This document shows, one piece after another, positions 20,791 to 32,500 of a stretch of DNA of 64,000 nucleotides; the stretch's first letter is position 1; each line of letters opens with the position of its first letter. The DNA comes from a virus. Below the pieces are notes generated by a model. It did not search any database. It was given only the letters and a program-made list of their open reading frames with translations, and was not told the origin of the DNA. The translations under genes were made by a program, and so were the position numbers. The stretch is taken from the IMG/VR virus record IMGVR_UViG_3300034284_002648, positions 16,258-80,257 of that record, one strand, 5' to 3'.

Positions 20791-23700
20791 ATGTCGTTAG
20801 CAAGAACTAATACTAGACCAGATACTAATAGTTTTGTAAAGAAAACTATACCACAAACTTTGTTTTTGGGGGCTAGTGTTTCTAACTTTACAACAAACCT
20901 TGGATGGGGAGCACAAGCGTCTTCTCTATCTATTAATATGGTCAACGACACATCTGGATGTGCTCCACTTACCCAAATATCTATGACAGGACAAGCTGGT
21001 TCTAATTTTAATGATGAAAATCATTATTATGATACTGAAGATGGAGATAGTTTATATGTTGGAAGAGACCCTAGTACTGGACGAGGTATTCTATACGGGA
21101 AAATTCATCATAGATGGAGTACAGATAAGAAACAATTTGTTTCTATATATCATAGAGATAAAGATCCAGGATTTTTAGGACTTAAAAATACTTGGGGAGG
21201 AGAAAACCCAGGATATGATATTACTGGAACCCCTGTATACTTTAGGTCTGGTGATTTTGAATACTGTGGCTTGGTTAAAAATTGGGATCATACTGTGGGA
21301 ACTGGTGGAGGTACAACATCGGTTACCATAGAAAGTCCAGCATCTTTACTGGCAAATTCATATGTTATTGTTGGAGAATATGCTGGATCAATTTTTTCTA
21401 GATCAACATCTACAGCCAGTATAGGCGCACCAAGAAATTATGTTGGTTCTGCTGTTGATTATACTCCAGATGTTGGTAAAGGAACAATTCATAATTTATT
21501 TAATGCTTTTGGATTTTTAGAATCTTTTTCTTTTGGATATTCTGATTCTAATGATCAAGGTATGCCCATATCGTATATTATTAATGCCTTACAGGTCTTA
21601 ACAAGCGAAAAAGATAAGGCAAGCAAGGGGGCCTATAGTCCTTTTGGTAGAATTATAGGTAGAGCAGCTATGACTAGCGATCAAGCATTTTGCGGCTCTA
21701 GTTTTTATACCGGACATGGATTATTTCCTAGTGTAGCTGGATCTAATGGCGAATATTATCATGAATATATATTGGATTTATCAGAATTGCCCCGTCCAAA
21801 CAATATGTTAAGGATGGCCGGTCCTGTAATAAGTATTTTAGATTTGGTATCAGAAGTTTGCGAAATAACATCACGAGACTTTTTCGTTGAGTTGATGCCC
21901 GCTGCTGATGAAAATGGTAATGTGTTACCAACCATAAAGATTAGAACAGTAAATAGATATTCTCAGCCAATTCCAAATCAAGTTAGAAATGTAGTAAATA
22001 GTATATCGAATACTTATGCTCTTAGCAATGTAACCTATGGTCAAGAATCTGGAGAAGCATTAAATAGAACGATGCTTATAGGTGGACCACAACAAAGATT
22101 ATATCAAGCAAAAAATTATAGATTGGCATATACCCAATGCAATTATGTACTAGACCCATCAGCTAATAAGGTTGTTAATTTTTACTCCTACAATCAATCA
22201 AAATATAGGACACCTAGTTTTGCTTCTACAAGATTAGCACTTAATAGCAACGCTGTTGCTAGCGACTACTCATGGTTGATAGCAGACGATGAACTTGTCA
22301 AAGAAAATGTTGATAATTTAAGAACAACATCAACATCTACTGAATTTTTAGACACAACTAATGGTCCTGGTGTTGGAGGATTAATAGGCGGAGGCGGTAA
22401 TAAAGTTGGTAATTATAGAGAAGATAAATCATACAACCCTATTCCTGCTGGAACATTTGCCCCTACTCTTGGAGGTTCTCCAGCCACAAACTTTCAAGCA
22501 AGATGGATTCCACTGTTTGAAGATATTATAGCTCCATTTTATGGATTTGAATTTGAAGATCAATCTGCCGATACTAGTGGATTACCAGAAGAAAGTTTAA
22601 AGCGACCACGCAAAGTATTTTTAGATAGTTTTACAGGTCAACAAGTTGTGGTTTTTGATATAGGTGAATTACCTCCGTTGAGATATGGTATTAGTACATT
22701 GTACTCTGGAACGAAATTTGTTGTTACAGAAACCGAAATGAGAGCCGCACTCGCCGGTTTTGACAACTTGATACTGTACTATGCTTCAAAAACATACAAA
22801 CCAGATCTAATCTTAATGTTACAGAAAACATATATAGACAATAGACTATCTGTAGTATCATCTAATGAAGGACCTATGGCTATGGGTGCCTGGGGTATGG
22901 TCGAAGATGAAAATGCAGCAGATACAGAAGGATACCCAACAAATGTATTTGCCGACCAAGATGAAGAGGTAAACGTTACCAACTTATTACTGAGCAAATC
23001 TTTTACAGAAGACTTAATGAGTATACATGCTTTTATATCGGATATTGCTTCTAAGTACTATGGCAAATCGTATACTGTTAAACTTCCAGGAATAAGAGGA
23101 TATAGAGACTGGAGTAGTGGAGGTAATCAACAAGTTGGAGAAGATTCTCAAGGAAGACCTATTTATGTTTGGGCCGGATCTCCAAAAGTATACTATGATT
23201 ATCAGGTAGCATCTGATGGAGCATGGGAAGAGCCAGGTAACTATATCGACGATAATATAATTGTTGGATCTGTAGACTCTTATCATTTAATGGATGAAAC
23301 AGGTAAAATATTACCCGTATTAGGATATAATGCTTCTGATAATTTTGATCATACAGCTTACAAGATGTGTGCCGATAGTACATTGACCCAAGCCGCCTAT
23401 CGTTCAAGAAAAGAGAGTCCTGTTTTTGGAATAGAATTATATAGTATGCAGGCTGTTGAGTTTCAGGATTGCGACACGGCCAAATTTTATTATCCGTCTG
23501 TAGACCTAAGTGGTGTTTCACAAGACGTATTATTAGTAGATAATAAAGATACAATAAAAAATCCTTATGGTATAGGTAGTAATATTGCTCCAGGATATGG
23601 CAGAAAGGCTTATGTAAAATCAGCTGTAAGAAATGATTTATATTTTAAAGACGCTAGTACATTCTTTGACCCTAAAGTAATAATAGACTCTCCCGGCATC

Positions 23701-26547
23701 TTTTTAAATAGTAGTAGTCTGGAATATACTCAAGATCCTAATAGAACTGTGGTATCTAATGCAGCACTAGAAGATCTTCTTATCTATATGTATAGCACAC
23801 CAGCTAATTTACAAATACTGGATGTTATTAGAGTATGGTCATCCAGATTAAGTCATATGTATAATGGATATCTACTAAGAACAAAACACAAAAAATCCGA
23901 ATCTGCTCAAATGGTAGAATTAGCACCTAAAGCTGCCCAACCATTTTTTGCTGCTGTTCCTATTAAAAGCAATAAATTTGTTTACGGTCCATGGACAGAT
24001 TATCCGCATCAATATAAAAACATTATATTTCCTGGCGCAACCAATCAGGATAATATGGTAAGAAATTTATTAAACGGTATTCGTGTAGAGGTGGATCCAG
24101 AAATGGTTCCTTGGAATTATGGCGGGTCATCACTGCTAGATAAAGCAGCTATGTTAAAGATCTATCAGGGTCAAACATATCAAAATGTTATAGAGTCTGG
24201 ATCATTTGAAATTCCCGGATTGCCAGTATTTGGTTTGGGTGGCAGATTTTCAGCCCCATATGCTACTAAAAATTATAGTAATCAATATTTTATATTACAA
24301 ACAGATTATTATGAGTATACAGATGCTGATGGTAATACTACACAATATAATTTTAATTATTTACAAGATCAAAATTTTAATGATACAAATCCAGTTTTGA
24401 GTAACCTTCAAATCAATGTATCAGAAAGTAAAATTTCAACATCTTATTCTTTGAAAGTGTATTCAAAACCACTCAGTAGATTTAATAAAGAAGCTGCGGA
24501 TAGACTAAAGAAAATAGCCAAACAAAATCTAGCATTATCACAAAGAAACTCTACAGCTACTAAAAAATTAATTGGTGAACAAATTAAAGCTTTACAAAGT
24601 TCAATAGGTAAAAGAGAGAGTGGTGCTTCTGGATGGTCTAGTGAGGGGGCTTCTAAGAAATTAATGGGATGGAGCCCAGTAAGATTGATTATTGGCAGTG
24701 CAGAATATCATTCTTCTCCACCTACAAAAATAGCCGCTCGAACCACTAGAACAAATATTAGAAACTCTCAGAATAGTGCTACTCCAGGAACAGGAACCAC
24801 AGGACAAGCAAATAATACTAACGTAACAACAAAAACATATGAGGGTTCCAGAGGTGACTGGGATATTAATGCTTCATTCAATGGTAATAATAGTAATGTT
24901 CCTTGGGATCAAGCTAACGGCCCAATAAATACCATGCTTAAGGATCTGAGACATTATGCCACTATCAATATACATCAATTAAAAGAAAGAGGCTTGGACG
25001 AAAAAGATAACTATGGAGATAAAGCCATAATGAGCTTAGACGGCCTATTATCTCCTGTATCATTTTACCCAACGAGATACAATTCTTGTTATAGTATAGC
25101 AAAATGGCCAAGATCAAAATGTCCAGTATGTTGTGGTAGTAAAACTATGACCGAGAATATTAAAAACTATAGTAGTAATACTGAAGTATCTGTTACTAAG
25201 GTTTGTGAGTATTGTTATGATGATGCAAATACAAAAGCAAAAAATACTCTACCCAAGAAAAGAAACAGTAATTTAGCACTTCCTCCTTATGTTACCGTAA
25301 GAAATACTTCTGATACCAATATACTTGGTATAAATGCAGACCAATATAATCTAAACAAGGTTAGTGATGCAACTATTAATGTATTTAGTTTACAGCCGGT
25401 TTTACAAAGCACTGGCGATTTTGCCAACCCGAATGCTCAAGCTACTGACAAAAAAAGACACTCTATTAGTGCTGTTGGTCGAGGTGGTGTTCATCATGGA
25501 GAAACCATAGGTGGAGTAACAGATCTAATTATCAAAAATAATATAGAGAATAATTATTATGGTGTAAATCCAGATTTTTATGGTGAAACAGACATAAGAC
25601 TTCAGCAGTATTTACAATCTTGTGGAGATGCTGCTTCTAGCATAGCAGGAAACTGCGGATATCTGCAATATCCATTGAATAATAGATTTATAGGACTTAG
25701 AGGCCCAATTATGGTTCATGGTTGGGGATATGATACCGATGGGTATCCAGTACCTAATGCGGCCGAAGAACCTAAATTTGTTAATGATAAGGGTATGTTT
25801 AAAAGGCATAAAAAAAAGAAAAGTACTTATGCTGATGGTACAGACATTTTGGATGCTGATGGTAATAATGTTTATGAAGATGATTATGATCATCCGGGAG
25901 ATTATCCAGGAGGATCAATTGCTGCAAATGATTTGGGTAGTGTGATTAGTAAAAGTCAATATTGGGTTAATAATAAGTGGACTAGACCAGTACGAAGCGA
26001 TAAGTTTTATTTAAACTGGGGGGAAAGACCTGACCTATGGCCTGTTGGACCTATTGATTTAAGATGGGACAAGGAGAGAAAGGTTTGGGTGACACCACAA
26101 CCAAAAATTTATAAGAATGTATATATAACACTAGAAGAAGATTTAGTTACAGTACAAAATCCAGAAGATACACTCAAGCCTTGTAGGGGATTTATTACAG
26201 ACTTAGAATATGATACAACGTCTGATACTAGTAGAAAATTGGTATTTGTCGTAGATAAATCAGGATATACTGCTCCAAGAGGAGCAAAATTATTATGTAT
26301 GTATAATGCAGATAGCGGTTTTTATGAGGTATTGAGCAAACCTACATTTACAGCTTTTGGAACAATACAAGCTGATGGATCATCAGCAGTATTAGTATTA
26401 ACATATATGCAGAGCAGAAATAGAAATATAGATGCCAATACTGTGAGTGTTAATTTTAGTAACCCATTTGGGTTTAGTGTGTCATCGGACCAAAAAGGAT
26501 TATTTATGTATATGGACAGTTCATGGAACCTTATAGCAACACATTAA
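20791..26547 (+). CDS. Large tail/baseplate hub-like structural protein
   Basis: 1918 aa with an AGGAG RBS. The N-terminal FLGASVSNF...GWG...SLSINMVND and G.PVYFR.GDFEYCGLV resemble hub-type modules. Internal CxxC/CxxC knuckle. Function is inferred from context. Confidence 0.55.
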   Translation: MSLARTNTRPDTNSFVKKTIPQTLFLGASVSNFTTNLGWGAQASSLSINMVNDTSGCAPLTQISMTGQAGSNFNDENHYYDTEDGDSLYVGRDPSTGRGILYGKIHHRWSTDKKQFVSIYHRDKDPGFLGLKNTWGGENPGYDITGTPVYFRSGDFEYCGLVKNWDHTVGTGGGTTSVTIESPASLLANSYVIVGEYAGSIFSRSTSTASIGAPRNYVGSAVDYTPDVGKGTIHNLFNAFGFLESFSFGYSDSNDQGMPISYIINALQVLTSEKDKASKGAYSPFGRIIGRAAMTSDQAFCGSSFYTGHGLFPSVAGSNGEYYHEYILDLSELPRPNNMLRMAGPVISILDLVSEVCEITSRDFFVELMPAADENGNVLPTIKIRTVNRYSQPIPNQVRNVVNSISNTYALSNVTYGQESGEALNRTMLIGGPQQRLYQAKNYRLAYTQCNYVLDPSANKVVNFYSYNQSKYRTPSFASTRLALNSNAVASDYSWLIADDELVKENVDNLRTTSTSTEFLDTTNGPGVGGLIGGGGNKVGNYREDKSYNPIPAGTFAPTLGGSPATNFQARWIPLFEDIIAPFYGFEFEDQSADTSGLPEESLKRPRKVFLDSFTGQQVVVFDIGELPPLRYGISTLYSGTKFVVTETEMRAALAGFDNLILYYASKTYKPDLILMLQKTYIDNRLSVVSSNEGPMAMGAWGMVEDENAADTEGYPTNVFADQDEEVNVTNLLLSKSFTEDLMSIHAFISDIASKYYGKSYTVKLPGIRGYRDWSSGGNQQVGEDSQGRPIYVWAGSPKVYYDYQVASDGAWEEPGNYIDDNIIVGSVDSYHLMDETGKILPVLGYNASDNFDHTAYKMCADSTLTQAAYRSRKESPVFGIELYSMQAVEFQDCDTAKFYYPSVDLSGVSQDVLLVDNKDTIKNPYGIGSNIAPGYGRKAYVKSAVRNDLYFKDASTFFDPKVIIDSPGIFLNSSSLEYTQDPNRTVVSNAALEDLLIYMYSTPANLQILDVIRVWSSRLSHMYNGYLLRTKHKKSESAQMVELAPKAAQPFFAAVPIKSNKFVYGPWTDYPHQYKNIIFPGATNQDNMVRNLLNGIRVEVDPEMVPWNYGGSSLLDKAAMLKIYQGQTYQNVIESGSFEIPGLPVFGLGGRFSAPYATKNYSNQYFILQTDYYEYTDADGNTTQYNFNYLQDQNFNDTNPVLSNLQINVSESKISTSYSLKVYSKPLSRFNKEAADRLKKIAKQNLALSQRNSTATKKLIGEQIKALQSSIGKRESGASGWSSEGASKKLMGWSPVRLIIGSAEYHSSPPTKIAARTTRTNIRNSQNSATPGTGTTGQANNTNVTTKTYEGSRGDWDINASFNGNNSNVPWDQANGPINTMLKDLRHYATINIHQLKERGLDEKDNYGDKAIMSLDGLLSPVSFYPTRYNSCYSIAKWPRSKCPVCCGSKTMTENIKNYSSNTEVSVTKVCEYCYDDANTKAKNTLPKKRNSNLALPPYVTVRNTSDTNILGINADQYNLNKVSDATINVFSLQPVLQSTGDFANPNAQATDKKRHSISAVGRGGVHHGETIGGVTDLIIKNNIENNYYGVNPDFYGETDIRLQQYLQSCGDAASSIAGNCGYLQYPLNNRFIGLRGPIMVHGWGYDTDGYPVPNAAEEPKFVNDKGMFKRHKKKKSTYADGTDILDADGNNVYEDDYDHPGDYPGGSIAANDLGSVISKSQYWVNNKWTRPVRSDKFYLNWGERPDLWPVGPIDLRWDKERKVWVTPQPKIYKNVYITLEEDLVTVQNPEDTLKPCRGFITDLEYDTTSDTSRKLVFVVDKSGYTAPRGAKLLCMYNADSGFYEVLSKPTFTAFGTIQADGSSAVLVLTYMQSRNRNIDANTVSVNFSNPFGFSVSSDQKGLFMYMDSSWNLIATH

Positions 26548-26551
26548 TAAT

Positions 26552-29500
26552 ATGATAAATAAAGATTACGGAAGTTGTAATTTATTTAAAACCGAAATAT
26601 ATGATAATCTACAACCATTTTATATATACTATGATAATGGAGGATCTTTAAGTTCCAGGTTCGGAACATCTTCTCAGTCGCTATATATCAATAATATGTC
26701 ACAAATGACACAGTTAATTGATAGCTCAGTAGAAGAAGAAGTATGGGCTCCAGCTTTCGCTTATGCCGCTTCTACAACACAAATGCCTTATTTAGAAGGT
26801 GCAGCTAATAGAAAACCTGTTCTTGGATTTAATCAATTTTTTGTACTGAGCAACCCTTCTTTTAAAGATATGTCTATAGAAAACAATATTAAGGTTGGAG
26901 TAGACTGGTTTTTGAACGATGTGTTGAACAGCGATATAACACCAAACAATGGAGTAATGTTTTGGTATAAAAAAAGAGGAGAGAGATCATCTACATCCAC
27001 CCTAGAAAACATGGCTGTAGGAGAGTGGATTTACGCATCCACCGCTTTTAATGTTAAATCTATTAATAATAAGACCTTATCGATACCAGCAGGACAAATT
27101 TGTGTAAAATTAAACAATAAAGAATTACAAGTATTACCTATTAATAAGATTACTAAGGGTAATCAACAAATCTCCAGAGCAATTTATCTACATAAATCAG
27201 TAGCCTCAGACCCTGAACCATATAATCCACTCGGTACTCAAAACAATATTTATGAACCAACAAAAATCAATCTAGAAACAAGTACTAATAAACCATCCTC
27301 ATGGTCTCTTTATGAAGACTATAACTATTTAAATGTTAATGGATCTTACTATAGTATTCATATCAGTGAAGGAGACTACTTTTCTTATTTTAATAGCTCA
27401 AATCAAACAGATCATTTTTTATCTTTTAATTTGATGCCAATATATAGAACCATATATAATAATTTATTGAATATAACAGGACTATCGAGCCTTAGTTCCC
27501 AGCAAGCTAAAAAATTAAGAGAATTAGCATACGTACTTGCAACAGGACCACAAAACGATAAAGTTACATTTAATGTTAATGGATATAATCCAACCAGCTA
27601 TATTAGTTCAATAACTTCTTATATCAATAGTAGTACTTATTCAGTAACAGACGTTCAAAATATTTGTAAAAATATATATAAAGAAATAAAAGATTTAGAA
27701 AAAAATAGAACATATAATACATCATTAGTACCATATAAAATAAATCTTAGTGATCTTAATGATAATTTTTCTAAAGTACCCAATGATATTTTTCACAAAC
27801 TTGTTTCTAAATATGGCTTATACTTAAGACTTGCTGGAGATAATGCCAAAATCACTGTTAATAAATTATTAAGATGGAAAGAGAGTAAAAAATCTAATAA
27901 TTATGTTGGAGGTCCTAATATTTCTATTGATGCTAGATTTATATATTGGACATCAAACAGAGATATTACAAATGAAGCAGTTTCTAGACCAACCCCAGGA
28001 AATGTTGGACACCCATATTATGATCAGCATATTCAAGCTGGTCCTATGAAAATAGAAACAGATGTTGGTAATCAAGTGGTTTATTTCAAAAGTGTAGAAA
28101 CCGGTAGCGAACAAGCAACTATAAAAGCTGGTATAATTAAACCATCTCAAAATCCCAGAATTAATACTTCAGAATCTTCTTATTTGTTGTTGCCAGAAAT
28201 CAAATATTGCATGTTTTATAAACAGGGTGGTTTTAAAATTATTAGCAGTACCTGTTATATAGATGAAAATGTTGGACAAGCTAGTATGTATAATGGTAAA
28301 CTTGATGGTAAACCCATCTTCTTGAAGATAGATAAGTTATCATCAAAATGGAATTCTGGCACTAACAAAGAATATAATTTCGACAACAGCGATCCCGACG
28401 AATATAAAAAACCATCGATTAAATTTAAAATATACAATAGTAATGATGTTATTAAAATAGATAGTTTATATATCAATTTTATAAGATACAAAGAAGATAC
28501 CCTATGTCAATGTGAATCTTTTTATAAAGAAATTATAAACAGAAGTGAAAACTACACTAAAGAAATCGGAGTAAATAGATTTTTAGGTATCGATATATTT
28601 GAACAAACACCAAAAAGAGTTGGTTTTGGTAGAGCAGGATATTGTGATAATGTTTATCTGGGCAGGGTAAAAAATATGGTTGCTGGTGTTGAAATAGAAG
28701 AAACTTCTAGTGCAGGCGTTCCTGGCGTATCAACCAGATTCGCCCCTCCTATTTTAGCGTATGGAGGCTATGACGCTTCTATTGTATCGGAATTAGGGGT
28801 TAAATTACCTAGTCATCCTATGCCGGGAGAAAAACTACCAACATTAAATACTAGAAACCCAAACTATATTGATGAAACTAAGTGTTACGAAAGAAGCGGA
28901 TTTGTTCAAGATAGTTCCTATTTCACACATACATCAGACAATAGTTCATCAGATAACCTAATTGGAAGTACAGTTTTTGAAAAGGGCTTCTTTCATCCAC
29001 ACAAGGGATGGATATCCGAAGCTAATTCTCTATATAATAATTTCAAAAATAAAACAGCTGTTACTAGCTATAAACCACATAAAAAATCTAGATTTGTATT
29101 CAAGGGTGTTGGATTTCTATTTGATAGTGACCTGTCATATTCCAGCACCATATCAATAAATAAAGGAAGTCAAAAAACAACAATTGATGAATTTTCTCCT
29201 CAAACAGCCATTAGAGATATTGGATCATTTTTATCTAAATATTCATCAGAATATATTACTGAAGAATGTATTCCTTACAAAGGAAAAAGGGATGAGAACG
29301 GTAAATTTATCAATAACACAGAGCAGTTTAAAGATAATAGTTGTGACAATAATTATCAGCCTAAAGTTGAGCATCTAATATACCCACTCAAAGATGCTGC
29401 TACAGGAGTAGAGATAGTACCTACTGCTGATATAGATAATTTAAGAATAAAAGATATAGAGGTTAAACTTAATTTTATTAATTTCGATAATATACAAGAT

Positions 29501-32500
29501 ATTAAACTTACTCTCAAATATACTGGAACTGCTGGAACAGATACTAGACCAAGTAGTTATTATGGCATGGTTTCATCTTCCCCGTTTCCGTCAGCAGAAA
29601 CAGGAGTAAATAATTACATCAATGCTTTAATTAGTCAGCATCCATCGGACACTATTATTCTATTAAATAAAGAACATATTAAACAATATGGTAGTGAATT
29701 TGTTTTAAGATTTTCTGATTATGCTGATCCTCACACCTTTGGAAATCCAACTAATGGAGGCACAGAAATAAGTCATAGTGCATTACTGAATAATGGGTTA
29801 TCAGACGGTGGCGTTATCCACCCATCGTTTAAGCCAGATGGGTACACTGACCAACAAGCACAACTTTATAGAGAAATATTAAACAACTATAATGTATGCA
29901 TCATAAATAACAAATTTAGAAAATGGTATGGGTCTCAACTCATTGGAAGCAAATTTGTTTTAGAGGTTGAATTAGTTAATAAATATACCAAAAATAATTA
30001 TGGAAACATTAAAGACTTGCACCTTAAAAATAATAAGGAGTATGATCTTTTAAAATCTAATATTGCTAGAAATTCTATATGTAATTGGGAATTAATCATA
30101 GACACATACAAGACCACGGATGCTGCACACAGGAAAGAGCAAAGATTAAATATCAACCACCCGGCGGCTGAACATATAGATTATACCAGAACAGATACGT
30201 CTGTTAATGCAACAGGATCATCATATTCTGATGGATATAACTTTTTAGGTGATTTCACAGATAGAAAATTCATGATCCCACCGGTCAATATGAATGCTCC
30301 ACACCAATATCTAATAGACTATAACTCTTGTGTCTATCCTGATAGAACTTTAAATAATTTTGGTTTTTCTAGACTGGAAGAGAATGGACTAAGATATATC
30401 TATCAGGCATTTAATTTATTCTCTATGGGTATTGGGGCTGCGGTTGGTTTTGCTGCTGCTGGAGGATTAACTGGGGCATTTGTGGGAGGAACGCTTTTTG
30501 GAACAGCCTCTTCTTTAGCAGTTAGTTCTATTGTAAATTATTTTGGTAGTCTAAGAAGAACTAGACTTGTAGATGCATATGATAACAGTTTTTATGACCC
30601 ATATTATGATGATTATGGGTATGGTGTTCCAGATAGAGCACTGGTAGAGATATCTACAGACGGTGGATACAAATGGTATACTTTTGATGCAAAAATATTC
30701 AAATATAATCAAACTTGCTCTCCCATCTATAAACCTTTAACTGTAACATATACAGGAGCAGGAGATTCGTCAAAAGATACGTGTTCAAAATTAAGCGTCA
30801 GCACAGCGCCAGATACACCGTCAGAATCTGACCCCATTAAAATTGATCCAGATACTTTCTATATGCCTGAATCTTTTATTTTTACAGGCAAATATATAAA
30901 AGCTAAAGAATTGTATATTAGAAAAAATATCAAACTATTAGATAGTAGACCAAATATATCGAATATATCTAACTTATTTATTGGACAAAATACATATGAC
31001 AAAGATAGTACGGTATGTATAGAATTACCAAATGTAAAACCATTCTATTATCTTAAGAGTGGTACTACAACTATTTCTGAATCTATAGATCTTATACATT
31101 ACGATAGTACTGGCTTTGGTTATAGAAATAAAAGAACTATTACAGCTAATAACATTGCTGTTTTAAACAAAGACAATCAATATAATACATATATCTTATT
31201 AAATGATCTAGATTTTAAAAATAAATTAGAAAAATATCCTAATACAAAAATTATAGCACAAAAAACTAATGCTAGTAATAGATTAGCCGTCATACTGAAT
31301 AATGGAGGTAATTATTTAACATTAGCTTCTATTAAAAATAATAGTTCAAATATTTTTACTCCAGATTATACAATGCCGGTTTATGGTGAGGGTGCTTGGG
31401 GAAGAGGAACTGCTTCTATACAGTTAATGCCAGCTAAAAAAATAGCCTTTGCTGCTGATTACGATTTGTCAAATTATGCTATAGGATATAGTCACAATAG
31501 ATATGTTGGAAGACTACATATAAAAGGTCCAACAAGCAGCAGTGTTGTTAGTACAAGTTATTTGAATATAGGATTATTCGATAATGTTAATGGATGGCCA
31601 CTGTATAAAAATCTAGATAAGTATAATTTATATCCTAATTTAAGCGATAATACAAATTATCCGTATAAGGGCATAAGTGATCTTAACTCAATTTTTTGTC
31701 TATATACTAATACCGAAATTAGTGGTTTAAAAAATTCTGAACTCAATTATGGTGGTTCAATAACCCTATTGGATCATCTTATACAGGCTCCAGTTGGATC
31801 TAATGAGAACGCTAATCTAGCTGGATATCGTGTAGAAGCCATATATAGTGCTAATCAGATAGAGGGCAGTAGTTGCTGGGGAGGTCATTATTGTGATAGG
31901 GCTAAATTTAATATTTATATTAATGGGGTTTTCTTATTTGTTGCCAATTTAAACAATGAAACACAGGGTTCTGCACCTAATCCTCCATTAGATAATGGAG
32001 TAGGACTTGATTCATCTGATAGATACGCATTTCATATTATAACAGAAGAAGAAGCTAGTGAAATAGCAAGAGTAAGCACTGAAGATATAACAATATCATA
32101 TTCACCAACAGCAGACAATACCAATCCACACAGTAATATTACATGGATCAGGGTTTTGACACCAGAGGGACAAGAAGTTACTAGTACTTGTGCCGATAAT
32201 ACAGGACTATCAACTAAAATTCTACCATATGACGATAATAAATATTGGATAAGTATAGATAAAGATCAATATGGTAGCTATAGCAGAACTACATCTATTA
32301 AAGTTTTAGATAAAATAGAATACTCTTGTAGTGAACCTAGAACTATGCCGGGTGGATTAAATTGTAAAAATATTTGTGGTATTTCTAGGAACTATGGATC
32401 AACCATAGGGGTGGGAGATGACGGTGTAACATGGACACCTAATATTACAACACCTTTAGAGATTATGAAGGTTCAAGCTAAATCAACAGCTTTTGATCAA

